Source: Nocardioides sp. (GTDB lineage Bacteria > Actinomycetota > Actinomycetes > Propionibacteriales > Nocardioidaceae). Taken from it: a stretch of 64,000 nt of DNA. The stretch lies in assembly GCF_036405735.1 (NCBI RefSeq), contig NZ_DASWXC010000013.1:40268-104267 (forward strand). Direction: 5' to 3'. Position numbers and translations under genes: made by a program. Shown in pieces: positions 51,047 through 59,152 of the stretch (within the stretch, counting starts at the first letter, position 1; each line of letters opens with the position of its first letter). The notes beneath the pieces are model-generated. The model was not told the DNA's origin. It saw only the letters and a list, made by a program, of their open reading frames with translations, and ran no database searches.

Positions 51047-51571
51047 GTGGTCGCCGACCGCTTCGTCCAGCAGCTCAACACCCAGATCGGCAACGAGCTG
51101 GCCTCCCACAACCAGTACCTCGCCTGTGCGGTCTACTACGACGCGCTGACGATGCCGCAGATGGCCGCCTTCTTCTACGCCCAGGCCGCCGAGGAGCGCG
51201 ACCACGCGCTGATGATGGTCCAGTACCTCCTCGACACCGATGCGCCGGTCGCGATTGGCGCGCTGCCGGGCACCGTCTCCACCTTCGCCGACGTCGTCGA
51301 GCCCGTGGCGCTGGCGCTGGAGGCCGAGAAGAAGGTCACCGCCCAGATCAACGACCTCTACCGCATCGCCCGGGAGGAGATCGACTTCGCCTCCGAGCAG
51401 TTCATGGGCTGGTTCATCAAGGAGCAGGTCGAGGAGGTCGCCACGATGAGCGACCTGCTCGCGGTGGTCACCCGGAACAAGGACGCCATCGAGCAGATCG
51501 AGGAGTACGTCGCCCGCGAGCTCGGCGGCGACGACAGCGACCCGACCGCGCCCAAGATCGCCGGCGCCTGA
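51047..51571 (+). CDS. Ferritin (non-haem, BfrB-like)
   Basis: LNTQIGNELASHNQYLACAVYYD, AAEERDHALMMVQYL and EQVEEV. GGAGGAG Shine-Dalgarno lies 5 nt before GTG 51047. The longer tracked ORF from 50867 overlaps the small gene. Confidence 0.85.
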   Translation: MVADRFVQQLNTQIGNELASHNQYLACAVYYDALTMPQMAAFFYAQAAEERDHALMMVQYLLDTDAPVAIGALPGTVSTFADVVEPVALALEAEKKVTAQINDLYRIAREEIDFASEQFMGWFIKEQVEEVATMSDLLAVVTRNKDAIEQIEEYVARELGGDDSDPTAPKIAGA

Positions 51572-51622
51572 CGTCCCTGAAATCGACGTGCTCGCCGAGC
51601 GCACGACGGTCAGAATGAGGTC

Positions 51623-52297
51623 GTGCCCTCGACCAGCCAGCTGACCGCGTTCCTGGTCGCCTCCCTGCTGTTCATCCAGGTGCCGGGACCGAGTCTGCTG
51701 TTCACGATCGGCCGCGCGCTCACCGTCGGCCGGCGTGAGGCCCTGCTCTCGGTCGTGGGGAACGCGGTCGGGCTGCTGGCCCAGGTCGTCGCGGTCGCGC
51801 TCGGGCTGGGTGCGCTCGTGGCTGCGTCCGCGGCGGCCTTCACCGTGCTCAAGCTCGCCGGCGCCGCCTATGTCGTCTACCTCGGCGTCCAGGCGATCCG
51901 CAACCGGGGCGCCGCACGGCTCGCGCTCGAGGCGGCGGAGAAGCAGGCCGCCCAGGCCCCTGGAGACACGGCCGCCGGCCGGCGTACGTCGGCATGGGCG
52001 GCGGTGCGCACGGGCGTGATCGTGGGCGTCACCAACCCGAAGACGATCGTGTTCTTCGCCGCGTTCCTGCCGCAGTTCGTCGACACTGGCGCGCCGGCCG
52101 GGCCGCAGCTGCTGCTCCTCGGGCTCGTCTTCGCCTCGCTCGCCTGTGCGTCGGACGCGGTGTGGGCGCTGGCGGCGGCGCGGGCGCGGGCATGGTTCGC
52201 ACGCGAGCCGCGTCGGCTCGACCACCTCGGTGCCGCCGGCGGCGTGATGATGGTCGGCCTCGGGGCCACGCTGGCCACCACCGGGGGATCGCACTGA
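51623..52297 (+). CDS. LysE/RhtB family amino-acid exporter
   Basis: FLVASLLFIQVPGPSLLFTIGRAL, VTNPKTIVFF and a six-TM pattern. Confidence 0.8.
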   Translation: MPSTSQLTAFLVASLLFIQVPGPSLLFTIGRALTVGRREALLSVVGNAVGLLAQVVAVALGLGALVAASAAAFTVLKLAGAAYVVYLGVQAIRNRGAARLALEAAEKQAAQAPGDTAAGRRTSAWAAVRTGVIVGVTNPKTIVFFAAFLPQFVDTGAPAGPQLLLLGLVFASLACASDAVWALAAARARAWFAREPRRLDHLGAAGGVMMVGLGATLATTGGSH

Positions 52298-52346
52298 CCC
52301 GATGGCCCGTCCCGCGATGGGTGCGGACTAGCGGCCGGTGGTGGTG

Positions 52347-52366
52347 GATAGTCCGATCGGGCTATC
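52347..52366. promoter_or_regulatory. 20-bp near-perfect palindrome GATAGTCCGATCGGGCTATC upstream of an MFS gene
   Basis: One asymmetric pair. It sits in the lowest-GC part of the 153-nt intergenic region, 85 nt before ATG 52451. Confidence 0.4.
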
Positions 52367-52450
52367 GATTCGTTGCACCGAGTGCACTTTTCTTAGCGTC
52401 TCCGTCGCCTGGCGTGAGCGGTTCCGTCAGCACCACCCGACGGAGTCACC

Positions 52451-53674
52451 ATGTCCAGCCCCTGGCGCTGCCTGCGCAGCCCCGATTTCGCCCTGTGGTC
52501 GGGCGCCCACCTCGTGTCCAACGTGGGCACCTGGATGCAGCTGGTCGCCCAGAGCCTGCTGGTCCTGCAGCTGACCGGCTCGCCGGCGCTGACCGGCCTC
52601 ACCCTGTCGCTGCAGGCAGCGCCCGGGCTCCTGCTGGGCCTGGTGGGCGGCGCGGCCGTCGACGCGTGGCCGCGTCGGCTCACCGCGGGCGTGTGCCAGG
52701 CGCTGCTGGGCGGCATGGCGTTGCTGACGGCCGGCCTCGCGGCCGCCGACCTGCTCTCGGTCGGCGTCCTGATGTCGCTGGCGGTCCTCACCGGTGTCGT
52801 CAGCACGGTCGACGGCCCTGCGGTCGCCCTGCTCGGCGCGGAGCTCGTCCCGGAACGCGACGTGCCGAGCGCCATCGCCCTCGGCTCGCTGGCCACCAGC
52901 CTGGGACGCGTGCTCGGCACCGCCGCGGCCGGGCTGGCGATCGGAGCGGCCGGCATCCCGGCGGCGTACGTCGTCAACGGGCTGTCCTTCTTCGTCGTGG
53001 CCGCCGTGATCCCGTTCGTGCGCACCTGCCGCGCGCCGGTGCCGGCCCGGGAGCGGGTCTCGCCGATCGAGGGCCTGCGCGCGGGGTTCGGCTACCTGCT
53101 GTCCTCCCGGGCGCTGCTCGGCCTGCTGGTGGTCGGTGCCGTGACCGCGGTGCTGGGTCGCAACTACTCCCTCGCGTTCGCGACGCTCGTCACGGGTCCA
53201 CTGCGCGGCGACGCCGCCGACTTCGGCCTGGTCTCCACCACGCTGGCCGTCGGCGCCGTCCTGGGGGCTCTCCTCGCCGCCCGCTTCGCTGCTGCGCGCG
53301 TCACCCAGGTCACCGCGCTGGCCATCGCCGGCGGCGCGTTGCAGGTGGTCGCCGCGCTCGCGGTGGGCATGCCGATGCTGCTGGTCGTGGCGCTGCCACT
53401 GTCCCTGGTCGAGTCGGTCCAGGACACCCTCACCGGCACGCTGCTGCAGACCCGGCCGCCCGCCCGGCTGCGGGGCGTCGTCTTCGGCGCGTGGCAGTCG
53501 GCGTGTGCGGGCTGGACGCTCATCGGCCCGCCGGCGCTGGGCTGGCTGCTGGGCGCGGCGGGCGCGCGGGCCGGCCTGGCGCTCGGCGGCGTGCTCATCG
53601 TCGCCGTGGTGCTGGCGATCCGGGCGCTGCACGTGCGGGTGCCGGCCCGCTCGACGCTCGTCCTCACCGCCTGA
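52451..53674 (+). CDS. MFS transporter (EntS/DUF894-like)
   Basis: FALWSGAHLVSNVGTWMQLVAQSLLVLQLTGS is typical of the enterobactin-exporter-like MFS subfamily. Confidence 0.7.
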   Translation: MSSPWRCLRSPDFALWSGAHLVSNVGTWMQLVAQSLLVLQLTGSPALTGLTLSLQAAPGLLLGLVGGAAVDAWPRRLTAGVCQALLGGMALLTAGLAAADLLSVGVLMSLAVLTGVVSTVDGPAVALLGAELVPERDVPSAIALGSLATSLGRVLGTAAAGLAIGAAGIPAAYVVNGLSFFVVAAVIPFVRTCRAPVPARERVSPIEGLRAGFGYLLSSRALLGLLVVGAVTAVLGRNYSLAFATLVTGPLRGDAADFGLVSTTLAVGAVLGALLAARFAAARVTQVTALAIAGGALQVVAALAVGMPMLLVVALPLSLVESVQDTLTGTLLQTRPPARLRGVVFGAWQSACAGWTLIGPPALGWLLGAAGARAGLALGGVLIVAVVLAIRALHVRVPARSTLVLTA

Positions 53675-53701
53675 CGGGTGCCGGGCGGGCACGGCCGGCC
53701 G

Positions 53702-54400
53702 TCAGAACAGCCGGTGCTCGGAGTCGTCGATGCCGCGCAGGGCGTCGTAGTCGACGACCGCGCACGTGATGCCGCGGTCGGTGGCGAGCACGCGCGCCTG
53801 GGGCTTGATCTCCTGGGCGGCGAAGATGCCGCGCACCGCGCCCTTCTCGGTGAGCAGCGGGTCGCGGTTGAGCAGCTCCAGGTAGCGGGTGAGCTGCTCC
53901 ACGCCGTCGATCTCGCCGCGCCGCTTGATCTCGACGGCCACCGAGGCGCCCTCGCCGTCGCGGCACATCAGGTCGACCGGTCCGATGGCGGTCGGGAACT
54001 CCCGGCGTACCAGCCGTAGCCCGGGCGCCAGCGTCTCGGGGTTGTCGGCGAGCAGCTCCTGGAGGTGCCTCTCCACGCCGTCCTTCTGAAGACCGGGGTC
54101 CACCCCCAGCTCGTGGGAGGAGTCGTGGTGGACCTCCTGGAGCAGGATCCGGAGGGTGTCGGGGGCCGCGCCCTTGGCCGCCTTGGCCGTGACGGTCCAC
54201 TCCAACGCGCCGTCCTCGGCGACGCTCTCCTGCAGCGTGCAGGGCGGAGACATCCAGTTGAGCGGCTTGTAGGAGCCGCCGTCGGAGTGCACGAGGACCG
54301 AGCCGTCGGCCTTGATCATCAGCACCCGGGTGGCCATCGGCAGGTGGGCGGTCAGCCGCCCGGCGTAGTCGACCTGACAGGTGGCAACGACGAGTCTCAC
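53702..54400 (-). CDS. nucS: Endonuclease NucS/EndoMS (non-canonical mismatch repair)
   Basis: [51 protein letters not shown] and a C-terminal beta-clamp-like EHRLF. TAGATT (minus strand, 54409-54414) is 8 nt before GTG 54400. Confidence 0.92.
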   Translation of the reverse strand: MRLVVATCQVDYAGRLTAHLPMATRVLMIKADGSVLVHSDGGSYKPLNWMSPPCTLQESVAEDGALEWTVTAKAAKGAAPDTLRILLQEVHHDSSHELGVDPGLQKDGVERHLQELLADNPETLAPGLRLVRREFPTAIGPVDLMCRDGEGASVAVEIKRRGEIDGVEQLTRYLELLNRDPLLTEKGAVRGIFAAQEIKPQARVLATDRGITCAVVDYDALRGIDDSEHRLF

Positions 54401-54507
54401 GAGCGAGGAATCTACGTTACGTCCGTGCCCGGCACGGCCGCGACCGAGCGGGTGACCTGCGTCACTGGGGGGTTACTGACGGGTAGGACACCTGCCAGAC
54501 TGCGGCC

Positions 54508-55677
54508 ATGAGCGCGAGCAACGAGCAGATCTTCGAGACCCTGGTCTACCCGTACCTGAACCACGCCGTGCGGATGCTCGAGGCGGGCTACGCCTCGAAG
54601 GCGGACATCGACAACGCCATGCGGTTCGGCTGCGGCTACCCGAAGGGCCCGCTGACCGTGCTCGACGAGCTCGGCCCCGCCACCGTGCGCGACGCCCTGG
54701 CGGCCCGCCACGCCGCGACGGGGGACCACCTGCACCAGCCGGCCGGCCTGCTGGAGGAGGTCGCCGCCCAGGGCGGCAGCTTCGAGGCGCTGGGCGCTGG
54801 CAGCGTCCAGGCCGCTCCCGAGCTGCGCCACGACATCCGCACCGTCGGCGTGGTCGGCACCGGCACCATGGCCTCCGGCATCGCGCAGGTCTTCGCCCAG
54901 AGCGGCTACGACGTCGTCTTCGTCGGCCGCAGCGAGGACAAGCTCGCCGGCGTCACGTCCTACATCACCAAGAACCTCGACCGCGCCATCGCGCGCGGCA
55001 AGTCCGACGAGGCGACCAAGGCCGAGGTGCTCGCGCGGCTCACCGGCGCGACCACGCGCGAGGCGCTCGCGGACGTCGACATCGTCGTCGAGGCGATCGC
55101 CGAGGACCTCGCGATCAAGACCGAGCTCTTCGTCGACCTGGACCGGATCGTCAAGCAGGGGGCGATCCTCGCGACGACCACCTCGAGCCTGCCCATCACT
55201 GAGCTGGCCAAGGCGACCAGCCGTCCCGCCGACGTGATCGGGATGCACTTCTTCAACCCGGCGCCGGTCATGAAGCTCGTGGAGGTCGTGACCACGGAGT
55301 CCACCTCGCCCGAGGTCGACGAGACGGTCAAGGCGCTGTGCGCGCGCACCGGCAAGGTGGCGGTCTCGTGCGGTGACCGCGCCGGCTTCATCGTGAACTG
55401 CCTGCTGTTCCCCTACCTCAACGACGCGGTCCTGCTCGCCGAGGCCGGCGAGGAGCTCGGCACCATCGACGCGGCGATCAAGGAGACCGCCGGCTTCCCG
55501 ATGGGCCCCTTCGAGCTGCTCGACGTGGTCGGCAACGACGTGTCGCTGGCCATCCAGCAGGAGCTCTACCGCGAGTTCGACGAGCCGGGCTTCGCGCCGG
55601 CCGCCACCCTGGTGGCCAAGGTCGACGCGGGCGAGCTCGGTCGCAAGACCAAGAAGGGCTTCCACGACTACAGCTGA
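54508..55677 (+). CDS. 3-hydroxyacyl-CoA dehydrogenase family protein with an extra N-terminal 3HCDH C-type domain
   Basis: Residues 1-70 (YPYLNHAVRMLEAGYASKADIDNAMRFGCGYPKGPL) look like a C-terminal dimerisation domain. They are followed by VGVVGTGTMASGIAQ (Rossmann), MHFFNPAPVM and a second C-type domain (FPYLNDAVLL...GFPMGPF). Confidence 0.8.
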   Translation: MSASNEQIFETLVYPYLNHAVRMLEAGYASKADIDNAMRFGCGYPKGPLTVLDELGPATVRDALAARHAATGDHLHQPAGLLEEVAAQGGSFEALGAGSVQAAPELRHDIRTVGVVGTGTMASGIAQVFAQSGYDVVFVGRSEDKLAGVTSYITKNLDRAIARGKSDEATKAEVLARLTGATTREALADVDIVVEAIAEDLAIKTELFVDLDRIVKQGAILATTTSSLPITELAKATSRPADVIGMHFFNPAPVMKLVEVVTTESTSPEVDETVKALCARTGKVAVSCGDRAGFIVNCLLFPYLNDAVLLAEAGEELGTIDAAIKETAGFPMGPFELLDVVGNDVSLAIQQELYREFDEPGFAPAATLVAKVDAGELGRKTKKGFHDYS

Positions 55678-55730
55678 GCGTTCGCTCACGCTCGCTCGCC
55701 GCTGTCCGAGGGAACACCCGGCGAGCGGTT

Positions 55731-55757
55731 GTGGCCCCCGCGCTCTGCGGGGGCCAC
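55731..55757 (+). terminator. Stem-loop after the 3-hydroxyacyl-CoA dehydrogenase gene
   Basis: GTGGCCCCCGC-GCTCT-GCGGGGGCCAC followed by TTCTGG. Confidence 0.7.
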
Positions 55758-55777
55758 TTCTGGTTACCGGCGACGCC

Positions 55778-57262
55778 ATGAGCGTGGAGACAGGTCGCAT
55801 CACCACTGACATCCCGGCGAGGCTGGACCGGCTGCCCTGGGCTCGCTGGCACTGGCTGGTCGTCCTCGGACTGGGCACGGTCTGGATCCTGGACGGCCTC
55901 GAGGTCACGATCGTCGGGTCCATGTCCGAGGCCCTCAAGCCGGGCGACACCGGCCTCGGGATGAGCAACTTCGACATCGGCGTCGCCGGGGCGGCGTACG
56001 TCGCCGGCGCCTGCCTGGGCGCGCTCTTCTTCGGGCAGCTCACCGACCGGTTCGGCCGCAAGAAGCTGTTCCTGATCACCCTGGCCGTCTACACGGTCGC
56101 CACCGTGCTGACGGCGTTCGCGCCGAGCCCGATGTGGTACTTCGCGTGCCGCTTCCTCACCGGCTGTGGCATCGGAGGGGAGTACGCCGCGATCAACTCC
56201 GCCATCGACGAGCTGATCCCCGCGAAGTACCGCGGCCGCGTCGACGTCGCGATCAACGGCTCGTTCTGGATCGGCGCCGCGGGCGGCTCCCTGTTGACGA
56301 TCCCGCTGCTCGACCCGACCTTCGTGGACCCGTCGTGGGGCTGGCGGGCGGCGTTCGCGCTCGGCGCCATCCTGGCGATCGGCATCCTCGTCGTACGGCG
56401 GCACGTGCCCGAGTCGCCCCGCTGGCTGTTCATCCACGGCCACGAGGACGCCGCCGAGCGGATCGTGCGCGACATCGAGCGCACGGTCGAGGAGGAGACC
56501 GGCCGGCCGCTCGAGGCGCCGGGGGAGTCGATCACCATCCGGCAGCGCCGGACCATCGGGATCGCGACCATCGCGCACACGGCGTTCGCGCTCTACCCCC
56601 GGCGTACGATCCTGTGCTTCTCGCTCTTCGTGGGCCAGGCGTTCCTCTATAACGCCTTCTTCTTCACCTATGGCGACACGCTTACGACCTTCCTCGGCGT
56701 CGAGCAGACCGGTTGGTACCTGGCGGTCTTCGCGGCGAGCAACTTCGTCGGCGCGCTGCTGCTCAGCCCGCTCTTCGACGTTCTCGGGCGCGTGCGCATG
56801 ATCGCCGGCACCTACCTGCTGTCCGGCGTGCTCCTCGCGGTCGCCGGGATGATGCTGGGGGACCTGACGGCCGTGACGCTGACGCTGTTCGGCGCCGTCA
56901 TCTTCTTCTTCGCCTCCGCCGGTGCGAGCGCGGCCTACCTCACCGCCAGCGAGATCTTCCCGATGGAGACCCGGGCGCTGTGCATCGCGTTCTTCTACGC
57001 GATCGGCACGGCGGCCGGCGGCATCAGCGGGCCGCTCTTCTTCGGCTGGCTCATCGAGCGGGCCTCGGACAGCGGCGACATCAGCCGGATCGCAATCGGG
57101 TACTTCGTGGGCGCCGCGCTGATGGTCGCCGGCGGAATCGTGGAGATCCTGCTCGGCGTCAAGGCGGAGCGCAGGTCGCTGGAGAGCATCGCGAAGCCGC
57201 TGACCGTCGAGGATGCCGAGGAGCCGGACTCGACCCTTCCCCCGACTCCCCAGCGCGCCTAA
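55778..57262 (+). CDS. MFS transporter (sugar-porter / metabolite:H+ symporter-like)
   Basis: GQLTDRFGRKKLF, FLTGCGIGGEYA, IPAKYRGR and PESPRWL. Confidence 0.8.
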   Translation: MSVETGRITTDIPARLDRLPWARWHWLVVLGLGTVWILDGLEVTIVGSMSEALKPGDTGLGMSNFDIGVAGAAYVAGACLGALFFGQLTDRFGRKKLFLITLAVYTVATVLTAFAPSPMWYFACRFLTGCGIGGEYAAINSAIDELIPAKYRGRVDVAINGSFWIGAAGGSLLTIPLLDPTFVDPSWGWRAAFALGAILAIGILVVRRHVPESPRWLFIHGHEDAAERIVRDIERTVEEETGRPLEAPGESITIRQRRTIGIATIAHTAFALYPRRTILCFSLFVGQAFLYNAFFFTYGDTLTTFLGVEQTGWYLAVFAASNFVGALLLSPLFDVLGRVRMIAGTYLLSGVLLAVAGMMLGDLTAVTLTLFGAVIFFFASAGASAAYLTASEIFPMETRALCIAFFYAIGTAAGGISGPLFFGWLIERASDSGDISRIAIGYFVGAALMVAGGIVEILLGVKAERRSLESIAKPLTVEDAEEPDSTLPPTPQRA

Positions 57263-57273
57263 CGTCCTGGCCG

Positions 57274-57295
57274 GCGGACAGGTCCTGTCCGCTTT
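57274..57295 (+). terminator. GCGGACAG-GTC-CTGTCCGC-TTT: MFS terminator and/or operator of the WYL regulator
   Basis: Perfect 8-bp arms plus a T tract, 19 nt before ATG 57314. A third GACAGG half-site lies at 57300-57305. Confidence 0.5.
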
Positions 57296-57313
57296 GCGTG
57301 ACAGGCTGCGCGC

Positions 57314-58282
57314 ATGACGGAGATGGGGACGACGGAGCGGGTGCTGCGGCTGCTCGCCCTGCTGCAGCAGCGGCCGGTGTGGACGGGACCCGAGTTGGCC
57401 GAGCGGCTCGGCGTCACCACGCGCAGCATCCGGCGCGACGTCGAGCGGCTGCGAGCGCTGGGCTACCCCGTCAACGCCGCGCAGGGCGTCGGTGGTGGCT
57501 ACCAGCTCGGTGCCGGCAAGGCGCTGCCGCCGCTGCTGCTCGACGACGAGGAGGCCATCGCCACGGCGGTGTCGCTGCGCCTGGCGGCCGGTGGCACGGT
57601 CGCCGGGGCGAGTGAGGCGGCGGTGCGCACTCTCGCGAAGCTCGACCAGGTGCTGCCGGCCCGGCTGCGGGCCGAGGTGCGGGCCCTGCACGACGCGATC
57701 GCGACCCTGGAGGGCGCGCGGATCGAGGTCGACGCCGACGCGCTGCTGACGCTCGCGCGGGCGTGCCGTGACCAGGTGCGGGTCGAGTGCGGGTACGCCG
57801 ACCGCGACGGCACCGAGACGGAGCGCCGGATCGAGCCCTACCGGCTCGTCGCGACCGGCCGCCGGTGGTACCTGCTGGCCTTCGACCTCGATCGCGACGA
57901 CTGGCGCACCTTCCGGCTCGACCGGGTCCACAGCCTGCGCGTCACCACCTGGCGCTTCCGGCCGCGGGAGCATCCGGACCCGGTCGACTTCGTGCAGCGA
58001 GCGATCACGACGGCGCCGTACCCGCACCGCGCCCGGGTGCTGCTGCGGGCGCCTGCCGCGACGGTCCGCGCCTGGATGCCCGCCACGGTCGGCACCGTCG
58101 AGCCGGTCGACGACGGGAGCTGCGTGCTGAGCGTCGGCGGCACCGACGAGCACGAGCTCGCGCTGCGCGTCGGGATGCTGGGCGTCGACTTCGAGGTGCT
58201 GGAGCCGGCCTCGCTGCGCAGCCAGATGGCGACGATCGCGGAGCGCTTCGCCCGGGCTGCGCGGGACCCGGACGTCCGCTGA
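57314..58282 (+). CDS. HTH-WYL-WCX transcriptional regulator (YafY/PafBC-like architecture)
   Basis: ERVLRLLALLQQRPVWTGPELAERLGVTTRSIRRDVERLRALGYPV (HTH_11/DeoR-like), then RIEPYRLVATGRRWYLLAFD (WYL). Confidence 0.75.
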   Translation: MTEMGTTERVLRLLALLQQRPVWTGPELAERLGVTTRSIRRDVERLRALGYPVNAAQGVGGGYQLGAGKALPPLLLDDEEAIATAVSLRLAAGGTVAGASEAAVRTLAKLDQVLPARLRAEVRALHDAIATLEGARIEVDADALLTLARACRDQVRVECGYADRDGTETERRIEPYRLVATGRRWYLLAFDLDRDDWRTFRLDRVHSLRVTTWRFRPREHPDPVDFVQRAITTAPYPHRARVLLRAPAATVRAWMPATVGTVEPVDDGSCVLSVGGTDEHELALRVGMLGVDFEVLEPASLRSQMATIAERFARAARDPDVR

Positions 58283-58313
58283 CCGCGCTTCGCCCACCGC
58301 GTAGGCTCGGGTC

Positions 58314-59120
58314 ATGGAAGGCCTCCTCGTCCTGCTCCTCATCATGGCGGCGATCGCCGTCGTGGTGGTCGTGAGCAACCGCAGCAAGAAGGCCCAGCGC
58401 GAGCGCGCCGCCGCCGAGCTCGAGCCCGTCAAGAGGCTCGCCTTCGAGGACGTGACCGCCTTCGGCGAGGAGCTCCAGCGTCTCGACAGCGAGCTCGCCG
58501 GGACCGAGCTCGACGAGGGCGCCCGGGCCGACTACCAGCGCGCCCTCGACGCGTACGAGGCGGCGAAGTCCGCCGGGGACGCGATGACCGGTCCCGACGA
58601 CATCACCCACGTCACCCGCATCGTCGACGACGGCCGCTACGCCGTCGCGTGCGTCCGTGCCCGGGTCGCCGGTGAGCCGCTGCCGACCCGGCGTCCGCCG
58701 TGCTTCTTCGACCCGCGCCACGGTCTCTCGGTCACCGACGTGATGTGGGCACCGCCCGGCGGCACGCCCCGCGACGTGCCGGCCTGTGCTCTGGACGCCG
58801 AGCGGGTCAGCGTCGGCGCCGACCCCGACGTGCGCCAGGTGATGGTCGGGCCGCGGCGCGAGCCGTACTGGCAGGGCGGGCCGGCGATGGCGCCGTACGC
58901 CGCGGGCTACTTCGCGTCGTACGCCGTCATGAACTGGATGATGATGGGCATGATGTTCGGCGCGCTCGGTGGCTTCGACGGCTTCGGCGAGGGCGACGTG
59001 GGTGCGGACGCCGGTGGCGACTACGGCGGCGAGGCGGCCGGCGACGGCGGGGGCGACTGGGGCGGCGGCGGCGACTGGGGCGGCGGGGACTTCGGTGGCG
59101 GCGACTTCGGCGGGTTCTGA
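58314..59120 (+). CDS. Membrane protein with a CFFDPRHG motif and a Gly/Asp/aromatic repeat tail
   Basis: N-terminal TM helix, a soluble middle with three Cys, a second hydrophobic segment, and the tail GDGGGDWGGGGDWGGGDFGGGDFGGF. TAGGCT at 58302-58307 is 6 nt before the ATG. Confidence 0.5.
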   Translation: MEGLLVLLLIMAAIAVVVVVSNRSKKAQRERAAAELEPVKRLAFEDVTAFGEELQRLDSELAGTELDEGARADYQRALDAYEAAKSAGDAMTGPDDITHVTRIVDDGRYAVACVRARVAGEPLPTRRPPCFFDPRHGLSVTDVMWAPPGGTPRDVPACALDAERVSVGADPDVRQVMVGPRREPYWQGGPAMAPYAAGYFASYAVMNWMMMGMMFGALGGFDGFGEGDVGADAGGDYGGEAAGDGGGDWGGGGDWGGGDFGGGDFGGF

Positions 59121-59152
59121 CCCGCACTGCCGCGCGTCCTAGTCTTCGTCCC

